From Octopus bimaculoides (taxonomy: Eukaryota): DNA of 64,000 nucleotides. Positions 12,401-23,034 of this stretch are shown here, one piece after another. The stretch spans positions 57,932,827 through 57,996,826 of the forward strand of contig NC_068995.1 in NCBI RefSeq assembly GCF_001194135.2. The letters are read 5' to 3'. The notes beneath the pieces are model-generated. The model did no database searches. It was not told the origin of the DNA and saw only the letters and a program-made list of their open reading frames with translations. The translations under genes were made by a program, and so were the position numbers. The stretch's first letter is position 1; each line of letters opens with the position of its first letter.

Positions 12401-15333
12401 GGAAGTGCGTACGATTGTTCATTCGTACTTTCGTTCTTTCATTCGTACTTTCGTTCTTTCATTCGTTCGTTCGTTCGTTCTTTCATTCGTTCCTTCGCTC
12501 GCACGCTCGCTTGTTCGTACGTTCGTTCGTTCGTACGCACGTACGTACGTTCGCCCTTTCATACGTTCGTGCGTGTTACGTACGTACGTTCATTCACTCG
12601 TTAGTTCGTATGTACGTACGTTCGTTCGTTCTTACGTTCGTTCGACATACGTTCGTTCGTTTGTGTGTACGTACGTTCGTTCCTTCGTTCGTTCCTTCGT
12701 TCGGACGTACGTACGTTCGTTCGATCTTTCGTTCGTGTGTTCGTTCATTCGTTCGTTCTTACGTTCGTGTGTGCGTTCGTTTATATGTACGTTTGTTCGT
12801 TCGTTCGTTCGCTCGCTCGTTCGTTTGTTCTTTCGTTCGGTGGTTCGTTCGTTCGTTCGTACGTACGTTCAATCGTTCGATCGCTCATTCGTTCCTTTGT
12901 TCTTTCGTTCCGTCATTCGTTCGTTCCTTCCTTCCTACGATCATGCGTACGTACGTACGTACGATTGTTCATTCGTTCGTTCTTTCTGTCGTTCGTTCGT
13001 GCGTAAGAACATTCGTTTGTTCTTTCACTCGTTCCTTCGCTCGCACGCTCGCTTGTTCGTACGTTCGTTCGTTCTTTCTTTCTTTCGTTCGTACGCACGT
13101 TCGCTCTTTCATTCGTTCGTTCGATCTTTCGTTCATTCATACGTTCGTGCGTGTTACGTACGTACGTTCGTTCACTCGTTAGTTCATATGTACGTACGTT
13201 TGTTCGTTCGGTCGTACGTACGTACATTCGTTCGTTCGACATACGTTCGTTCGGACATACCTTCGTTCGATCTTNNNNNNNNNNNNNNNNNNNNNNNNNN
13301 NNNNNNNNNNNNNNNNNNNNNNNNNNNNNNNNNNNNNNNNNNNNNNNNNNNNNNNNNNNNNNNNNNNNNNNNNNNNNNNNNNNNNNNNNNNNNNNNNNNN
13401 NNNNNNNNNNNNNNNNNNNNNNNNNNNNNNNNNNNNNNNNNNNNNNNNNNNNNNNNNNNNNNNNNNNNNNNNNNNNNNNNNNNNNNNNNNNNNNNNNNNN
13501 NNNNNNNNNNNNNNNNTCGCTTGTTCGTACGTTCGTTCGTTCTTTCTTTCTTTCGTTCGTACGCACGTTCGCTCTTTCATTCGTTCGTTCGTGCGTGTTA
13601 CGTACGTACGTTCATTCACTCGTTAGTTCATATGTACGTACGTTCGTCCGTTCGTTGGTTCGTTCGTGCGTGCGTTCGTTCGTTCGTTCATTCGTACGTT
13701 CGTTGGTTCGTTCTTACGTTCGTTCGTTCGTTCGATCGCCCGTCCGTCCGTTCTTACGTACGTGCGTTCGTTCGCTCGCTCCTTCGTGCGTTCTTTCGTT
13801 CGTTCGTTTGTTCTTTCTTTCGTTCGTAGGACCTTCAATCGTTCGTTCGCTCGTACGTTCCTTTGTTCTTTCGATCCGGCGTTCGTTCGTGCGTGCGGGA
13901 ATGCATGCGCACGTACGTTCGTTCGTTTGTACGTACGTACGTTCATTCGTTCCTTCCTTCCTTCGTTCGATCGTATGTTCATGCGTGCTTACGTACGTTC
14001 ACTCGTTCGTTCGTACTTATGTTCGCTCGTTCGTTCGTTCTTTCATTCGTTCGTTCGCACGCTCGCTTGTTCGTACGTACGTTCGCACATTCGTACGTTC
14101 TTGCGGTCCTTCGTTCGTACGTTCTTTCGTTCCTTCCTTCTTTCTCTCGTCCGTTCGTTCGTTCGAACGAACGAACGTACGTACGCACGCATTAACGAAC
14201 GAACAAGCGAACGGACGGACGAACGAGAGAAAGAACGAACGAACATACGTTCGTACGTACGTACGTATGTAAGCACGCACGAACGTACGAACGAACAAAC
14301 GTGCGTACGAACGACCGAACGAACCAACGAACGATCGAAAGTATGAACGAACTAACGAACGTGCGTGCGTACAAACGAACTTATTTACGAACGTACGAAT
14401 CAACGAACACGAACGAACGAACGTACGAACAAGCGAGCGTGCGAGCGAATGAACGGACGAACGTTCGCACACACGTACGAACGAAAGAATAATCGACCGA
14501 ACGAACGAACGAACGTACGAAAGAACAAACGCACGCACGCAGGCATTCACGCACGCACGCACGAATGAACGAACGTACGAACGAACGTCAGTACGTACGT
14601 ATGAACAAACGAGCGAACGAACGTAGGAACAAACGCACGAAACTACGTATGAACGAACGAACGTACGTATGTACGCACGCAGGAACGAACGAATGAAAGA
14701 ACGATCGTACGAACGAACGTACATACGTACGTACGAACGAAGGAATGAACGTACGTACGAACGAACGAATGAACGTACGTACGTTGAACGAACGTACGTA
14801 CGAACAAGCGAGTTTGAGTGCCTGCGTACGAGTGAACGAACGAATGCACGTACGAACGAACGAATAGCGGACGAACGAATGAACTAAGTAACGTACGTAC
14901 GAACGAACGTGCGTACGAACAAGCGAGCGTACGTGCGAACGAACGAACGTTCGCACGCAAGCACGAACGAACGTACGAACGAAATAAAGAACGAACGTAC
15001 GTACGTAAGCACGAACGAACGAACGAACGTACGAAAGAACAAACGAATGAATGAACGATCGAAAGAACGAACGAACGAACTTACGTGCGCACGCACGCAC
15101 GAACGACTGAAGGAAAGAACAAACGAACGAACGAACGACCGTACGTACGTACGAACGAATGGACTGACGAACGAACGTACGTACGAAAGAAAGAACGAAT
15201 GAACGAACGAACGAGCGAACGAACGAATGACTGAATGAAAGAACAAACGAACCTACGTACGTACGAACGAATGAACGTACGAACGAACGTACGTATGAAC
15301 GAATGAACGAGCGAGCGAAAGAACGAACGAACG
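9492..15333. repeat. Complex CpG-rich satellite of CGTT/CGTA/CGTG/CATT tetramers; CGTT polarity 9492-14164, AACG polarity 14165-15333
   Basis: Direct reading; interrupted by gaps 10000-10009 and 13275-13516. Confidence 0.95.
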
Positions 15334-16242
15334 AGTACTCGCGTCTGTTTTTGAATTCAAAACTTTGACTAGATTTGAACTCACAAGCCATGTACGTGTG
15401 TTTGGATTAGAATTGAAAATATAGAAGGACATAACTGAATAGATCGACATAATTCGTTCGGTATTCCGTTTTTTTTCCACCAAACTTTACCTTCGTGGAA
15501 TAATAATTTCTTACGTTAAGACAACAAATTTTGCAGGATAAATAAACTGTCGATTAGATCGATATAAATAATAGATTTGAACTTATTTAGTGAAGCCCGA
15601 AAAGATAAATGACTAAGTCGATCGCAGAGGAATCTGAAATCAAAATGTAAAGAATCGTAGTCAAAACACTGCAAATGCCACCGTTTCTATGATAAAAGTC
15701 AATCATCAAGGGAAGTAATCCATAACATAGACTCTTGAGTTGCTTCCCTTAGATTACTCTCTTCGCTAATATCGTGGTATAAAATGTATGGATGACAGAA
15801 AGTAAGACCAAAACAAAATTCATATGAGTACAAACGGAATAGTAAACCAACACACACAAAGCACAAAGCACAAAAACAAAACATGTAGAGACGTGTACAA
15901 ACACACAGATACAGACGCAAATGCATGCGCAGATAAGGATACATACCATAGAAAGACAGAATGGATTAAACAGGAGACACAAGGGATGGAGAGTTGCTGG
16001 AGAGGTCACAGGTGTATGATGAAATATTTTCCAGACAATGGACATGAAATAAGGGCAATAGTAAACAAGTGAAGAACGAATAAATAGTGTGTGGCAAGAA
16101 AAATAAAAGGACCACCCCGAAATATAACAAAATTCATCACTGGTCCCGTCTCTGTTGTTCTCCTTGGATTATTGTATTTTTAAATTGTTCAATATTTGTG
16201 ATGAGGATGCTTTTTCTATAATTTGTTATTATTTAGTAGACC

Positions 16243-16450
16243 TAAGGCGGCGAGCTGGCCGAATCATTAGCATGTCTGGCAAAATGCTTAGTGGTATTTC
16301 GTCTGTCTGAACGGAGTTCAAAATCCACCGAGGTCTACTTTGTATTTCATCTTTACGGTCTCGATAAAATAAGTGCCAGTTGAACATTGCGGGAAGTCGA
16401 TGTAATTGATTAGTCCCCTCCTACCAAATTTCGAGCCACATGCCTTCAGT
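16243..16450 (-). mobile_element. SINE-like repeat copy, reverse orientation
   Basis: Reverse complement of the 44090 core. Confidence 0.75.
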
Positions 16451-17925
16451 AGAAAGGATTATTCAGTAGACCTGATCAATCAAACTTATGACCAACAAAC
16501 ATGCCTGGCCCTTTTTTCAAATATATCATACCCTGGACTACATTGCTGAGAACTGTTTAAAGACCACAGGGCGTATTTGGGAGGAAATTTACTGACTGTT
16601 TCTAACAGGTCTAGCAAACATGAAAAGGTTTTCTTCTTTTCGTTTTCCTCTACCTTCTCTCCAGTATTATTATCAATGTTGTCCACATCAATAGTATTAT
16701 TAGCTTTTCCGATTCGGTACAATTTATTATGCTCTTACTTTAAAAAACAAAAAAAAACAAAAAAAGTACCAGACAACAGCAATTACACAGAGGAATGTCT
16801 CCTTTCTAAATATTTTAGTCTCATCCATTGCTTGTCGGGCGACCGTTTAACTGATTACACTATAAAACGCCCGTCTCCTTCAAATACATTGTTTCTTATA
16901 TATCAATGATTAGACAATCGCATTATTGATGACACAGCAGAACACTATGTTTTTAAAGGAAAAAACAGTACTTTGTGCCTGTCAAATGTCTAACTGGAGA
17001 ATAACATTTCCAGTCAGACTACTTTAGCTTACTTTTTGCCAAAATTATCAATTGCTGTACGACCACATTTCCATAATATCTATTATGCTATAGGAAGAAG
17101 GCCTGAAATTTTGTGGGCTGAAAGAGTAAGGTCTCAGCGAAATTTGAAGTCACAGCGTAAAGAACTGGAAAAAAAACAAATGCCGTTCAGTCCGACTCGC
17201 TAACGATTCTGCTGGCTCCTTTTCCGAGCCCATAATATAACATTTTTGAGTGATTTCAGAAACATTGTATAGGGTTGTTAGATAAATTCAATCATTTTTT
17301 GTTGTTGTTGTTTGTTTTTTCTACTTGACTATATATATATGAATTCTCCGTTTGTTCCTTTGTTGCATTTCGATTCAAATTTTGGAATTTACTGTAACGC
17401 TACGCATGCTTCATATTTTATGCCCATTCAGTTTTTATGCGATCTCTTTCTCGCCCTCTTTCCTCTCCATTGTTTCCTGACCCTTTTCCTCTCCCCTCCT
17501 ATGTGGCCCTCCTCACCTCTTTTCTCCATTTCCTTTTTACATTTGACGGCATTTCTCTCATCTGTTCTACTTTTAATACGGTTTGGTTGTTTTCCACCGA
17601 GTTTTCTTTTTATTTTGTCTCATTTCGTTTCCACTCTAACAGGATATTTTCCATCTGTTGCCCATCTATCCATCTCGTCTTACAGCTGCAAGGCCTTTTT
17701 TCTTTGTATATTTATTTTGTTTTGTTTGTTCCCATTTTGTCGTGTTTGATTCCTTCATTGTCCTCTCTTCGTTCGCCATTCCCTGCTGTTTCTCGCTGCT
17801 GACGCCACCAAAAGTGAATAATATCATCGTTAAAGGCGTTAAATTGTAAGGATCTTTTGGACGAAAACTGACACAGAATTAGCAGTGAATTTTCTGTTTG
17901 TTCCTTCGTTGCGTTTCCGTTCAAA

Positions 17926-17963
<38 letters not shown>

Positions 17964-18095
17964 AAAAAGAAGTAAAATTTCTTCAAATTTCGAAAATGAT
18001 AAAGAAAATCTGAAGAGACAAAAAAAAAAGAAATACAAAGCACAATGTAATATAAAGATAAGAATGTTTCAAATAACAGTGGAAAGGATTAAATT

Positions 18096-18877
18096 NNNNN
18101 NNNNNNNNNNNNNNNNNNNNNNNNNNNNNNNNNNNNNNNNNNNNNNNNNNNNNNNNNNNNNNNNNNNNNNNNNNNNNNNNNNNNNNNNNNNNNNNNNNNN
18201 NNNNNNNNNNNNNNNNNNNNNNNNNNNNNNNNNNNNNNNNNNNNNNNNNNNNNNNNNNNNNNNNNNNNNNNNNNNNNNNNNNNNNNNNNNNNNNNNNNNN
18301 NNNNNNNNNNNNNNNNNNNNNNNNNNNNNNNNNNNNNNNNNNNNNNNNNNNNNNNNNNNNNNNNNNNNNNNNNNNNNNNNNNNNNNNNNNNNNNNNNNNN
18401 NNNNNNNNNNNNNNNNNNNNNNNNNNNNNNNNNNNNNNNNNNNNNNNNNNNNNNNNNNNNNNNNNNNNNNNNNNNNNNNNNNNNNNNNNNNNNNNNNNNN
18501 NNNNNNNNNNNNNNNNNNNNNNNNNNNNNNNNNNNNNNNNNNNNNNNNNNNNNNNNNNNNNNNNNNNNNNNNNNNNNNNNNNNNNNNNNNNNNNNNNNNN
18601 NNNNNNNNNNNNNNNNNNNNNNNNNNNNNNNNNNNNNNNNNNNNNNNNNNNNNNNNNNNNNNNNNNNNNNNNNNNNNNNNNNNNNNNNNNNNNNNNNNNN
18701 NNNNNNNNNNNNNNNNNNNNNNNNNNNNNNNNNNNNNNNNNNNNNNNNNNNNNNNNNNNNNNNNNNNNNNNNNNNNNNNNNNNNNNNNNNNNNNNNNNNN
18801 NNNNNNNNNNNNNNNNNNNNNNNNNNNNNNNNNNNNNNNNNNNNNNNNNNNNNNNNNNNNNNNNNNNNNNNNNNNNN
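18096..18877. other. Assembly gap; others at 2627-2661, 6687-7066, 10000-10009, 13275-13516, 43136-43236, 46068-46622 and 57348-57916
   Basis: Runs of N. Confidence 1.
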
Positions 18878-19249
18878 GCAACTTGGACTTATTTTATTCA
18901 CCCCAAAAGGATTCACCCTTGGCAGAATTTGAACACAGGGTGTAAACAGCTAAAAGAAATACCACTAAGCATTTTGTGCTAATGATGGTGTCTTTAACAA
19001 ATTGATAGATTAAAATAAATAAATAAATAAAACACAAAGACAATATGGCAATAAAATAAAGAGAGAGAGAGAGAGAGAAATGAAGACAATCATGTTAGAA
19101 ACAAAAATCACAACAGGTTTTTTTTTGTTTTTTTTTTGTAATAACAGGAAATTAATTCTAAACTGACACTAATACATACATACGGAATTAACACTGGAGA
19201 CATGACCCACATCGTAAGTAGTTGTCCGAAAATGTCATCTGTCAATGAG

Positions 19250-19680
19250 ACATATTCTGGCAAAGGCACTGTGCCATGAGATACGTCGGAAGGATAATCC
19301 TGAAGCCTAAGAAATAAGAACACAGAGGATGGTGCAAGTTATAGCTTCTCATTATAAGAAGGAGCACTGGTGGAATGTCCCAGTGGAAATATAATAGATT
19401 TGATATTGTGATTTGGGACAGAGAAGAGAAACTGTGTCCAGTTGAGGAAATCAGTTGCCCAGTGGGTGTTAATATAGAGAAAATGCCTACGCAAAACTAT
19501 TGAGAACCCAGATTACAAGTTCAGATTTATACCTGTAATTATTGGGGCACTGGGATATGTTGACTGAATACCAATCTTGAGAAATTGGTCTTCTCAAAAC
19601 CAAAAAGGAGAAAGTTGATTCAAAGATTACAGATCCAAGCCATCACTGGAACTGTAAAACTTTCCAAAAGTTTATCATTT
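19250..19680 (+). mobile_element. 3' fragment of an RLE-type non-LTR retrotransposon (R2/R4/NeSL/CRE-like endonuclease domain)
   Basis: From 19393 reads NRFDIVIWDREEKLCPVEEISCP (PD..E motif), then DYKFRFIPVIIGALG and RKLIQRLQIQAITGTVK; frameshifted. Confidence 0.7.
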
Positions 19681-20505
19681 AAGTATATATGAACATGTCT
19701 AGACATGCAACTATATGCATGAGAATACATACATAAAACAAAACATACAAATTTGCACATAAAAATACCCAGTTGATGTTGCTGAAATTCCTATGAAGGA
19801 ACTTTGGATCTAGGTTAGAAACCAGCTCTTTCTCTACTGGCAAGAAATCTTGAAATAAAATTGAATAATGCCATACATATAGTATTAGAAATAGATAATA
19901 GCTGAGCAAACAATAAATTGCCAAAAGAAGGCAGTTGTTTTTTTTTATCGTATTTTTATTTCATTTTTACTTTCTTTTTATGCTGTACCGCATGAGGAAA
20001 GGATGAGCTCTTGGGCTTTTCTTTTTTTATTTTAAGGAGCCCCAAAAAAATCTTTTTTTGAGATGATGATAATAATAATAATAATAATAATAATAATGCT
20101 ATATACATATTATATGTTTTTTATATATATATATATGTATATGTATGTATACACATACACATTGACAAGAGTGTATGTTAAGACATGTAATGTATTTACA
20201 AATATATGGGGGATATGGGGGCTGAGAGATGGGTGGGCGGAGGGTAAAGGATATTTGAAATATTGGGAAGGCAGGGGAAATGGGAGAAGGAAGAAAATCT
20301 ATAATGAATTCCTTGTCTTTTTTGTCTTTGAATAATGGTCATTTATTGGAAATGATATGTTATAGAGTTTACAATGATCACATTACAGTCATTATAACAT
20401 CAAGGTGAATATATGAGAGAATCAGGAGAGAGAGAGAGAAAGAGAGAGATGGAGTAAGAAATAAGAGGATATAAACAAAGATAGAGAGAAGAGGAGGCAA
20501 AATAT

Positions 20506-20542
<37 letters not shown>

Positions 20543-20857
20543 TTGAGTAGGGAAAACAATTTTTAACAAGTATTTTTATGTTGTGTGTAATTCAGATGTA
20601 GTTAAGTTCTCAACAAAATGTCTAGTTCTGTCCAGCAAATTGCTCAGAGTCTTCAAATAAAAAATATATGTTTACACTTCAATTTCATATACTTCCATAC
20701 GAATATCATTAACATTTTTTCAATTCCTGATGTTCAGTAAGAGTAAAACATCAGCCATTTTCCTCCCAGCTACTTACTTATTTTGTCAGATTTCTCCCAT
20801 TCTTAATCCAGTATTATTGTTTTTGTTGTTTGCTTTCATCACTATCCTTATTAATTA

Positions 20858-23034
20858 TTACATCAGAATACTTTGCACAGCAGCATCTAAATCATCCTCA
20901 ATTTGCATGCCAGCATCAGCGGCATTCACCAAACAACTATCATCTAAGGACCGATCCGGAACGGAAGAGTAGAAGTCTTGTGGCACTCCAGCGGTTGCGG
21001 CAACCATTGTACCAATGTCTGACCCAGCTGGTGCAGTAGCAAGGCCTGTTGCACCAGAGCCATCGAGAGAGCTAGCTATACTCACTCCACCGCCTCCTAC
21101 ATTGCAGGAAAGGTGAGAGTTACCACTACCGTAGTCATCCAGTGGACCGTCTATTGAGAAGTCACCAACACTGCCACTAGAGTGCATCGGTGGTTCTTGA
21201 GACAGGCTGAGAATGCTGTTCACTGCATTCTCAGTCTGCTGCTTCAGTTTCGGATCGGTGTATGCATCTGAAACGTCACTTAGACAATCGACAGACGTTG
21301 CAGAGATGACAGTTGCTTGAGTATGGTTATTGTTCGTGCTATCAGCATTATCATTGTTGCTATTGGTGATGGTGGTTGTGTTGTTGTTGTTGTTGTTGGT
21401 CGTGGTGGTGTTGGTTGTAGGAGTGCTGATGCTGGTTGTGATGTTTGTGGAGGTGTTGTTGTTGTTGTTGTTGTTATTAGTATTATTATTATTATTATTG
21501 TTATTTGAGGGACTGTTATCAATGATGATGTTGTTGTTGTTGCTGCTGTTACTACTGCTATTATTATTAGCAGTAGTTGTTGTGCTGGCCATAGCAACAG
21601 TAGGAGCTGATGACTCAGAACTGTGTAGCGAAGCTGTTCCAGATAAGATTGACTGGACGGCATCTTCGGTGTTCAATACCAAATTATTTCTATGTGCCAG
21701 TGAGTCCAGACTACACTCAGAAACAGCTATGCTATCAGTTCCTTCAAAGTTTACAATACTGTCGACTGCATTTTGCAGCTCAGAACTAGTAGCAGCAGGA
21801 AGAGAGAGTTCTTCAGTGCCTAAATCTGCAGAAGGCTGCAAGGAGAAATGGCAATTGCTGAGTAAGTCATCAGTCACAAAGTCTTCCAGTGAATATGTAG
21901 CTGATGTATCAGGTTCAAAGTTCTTAGGACTGAAGCGAGTGTTCCCTAAAGAGAAAGAATGTGAATTGGAATTATTTAAAGAAAATTGAGACACTGCTGA
22001 TTCTGACGGATTTAGCTCCTGTTTAATGCTTCCCGAGGAGTGATTTTCAGGGAGGATAAAATCAACAGTGAAATCAAGCCCATGGAAAGAAGAGAGCATA
22101 TCATCAGGAGTAGGCTCTTCGAGAAGTTCTGAATCAGACAGAATTCGCGTTCGTTGGGGTATAAGTTTTCTATCTTGACTTGCCAACTGACCTTCTAAGA
22201 AATCTTCTTCGTCCATGAAAATATCATTGTTAGAAGTTTCACAGTTTTTAGAAAATACAGTTGTTGAGGAAGAAGCTGTGGCTGCTGGGGGAGGCATTGC
22301 AGCCACAGAGGAAGAATGGGAACTGGTTAAAGGTGCTGGTGTAACAGACGAACAGCTGGCCTCCAATCCCATTGGATTCGACACTACCCTTGATGTGGAC
22401 AAAGTTGCAGATGAGGTGAGTGATTCTACAGTTGAAAGGGGTAACAGAGTTACAGGAGTTGTCGTTGTGGGAGTTGTGGTTGCTACTGCAGTTGTTCGTG
22501 CAGCAGCAGCACAACTATGATAGGACGAAGATTCTTGCTTGACTGCTGACAAATTGTTCGATGACGACGACGTTTTCCACTCATCATAATTCTCTTGACT
22601 GAAAGGAGCCGGTTTCACTTCAGGCAACTGGGGTTTGATGTCTGGAGGCTCTTTCTTTATCGAAACACTACCAAGGGGTTCTGATTTCACAGTCTTTTGT
22701 GATTTCCGTGACTTTTCTTTTTTCACCTTCAGCGAGAGGCTGCTACTAAAACTGACACCATCATTTCGGATGACTAATTTCACACTGTGTGGAGGAGAGT
22801 GGCTTCGTTCAGGCTCAGAACATTTCCACTTCTTCCCCGTTTCAGAACGTTCATCCTTGCTATCTACAACTTCCTTTTTATGCACATTAACATGACCCAT
22901 TTTACTTTGGGAGTTCGATTTACATTGGATGTATTCATCAGCAGGTTCTGCTTTAACACATTCCTGTTTGAAATCAGAATTTTCAGATTCTTTGTCTAGT
23001 TTAAGCAGCTTTACTGGCATTGGTTCAAAAGCAT
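20858..23034 (-). CDS. BICRA: BICRA-like last coding exon (2177 nt to TAA)
   Basis: ORF 20858..23062 minus its intronic first 9 codons; acceptor tttgtttttccAG; phase-1 join gives HP-D-AFEP; ends [12 protein letters not shown]. Confidence 0.9.

Noticed and set aside
9492-15333. CRISPR-like or heat-shock-element array
   Set aside because: No constant repeat with unique spacers and no cas genes in a eukaryotic context; spacing does not give tandem nGAAnnTTCn.
9470-15483. Many long ORFs (up to 557 aa) of RSFV/TNER repeats
   Set aside because: CGTT/CGTA tetramers lack stops in nearly all frames; the ORFs overlap on both strands and run through gaps, so they are not credible coding sequence.
21280-22999. 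Plus-strand and alternate-frame ORFs over the last BICRA exon (also 36128-39079, 33385-33618)
   Set aside because: Shadows of trinucleotide-rich coding sequence.
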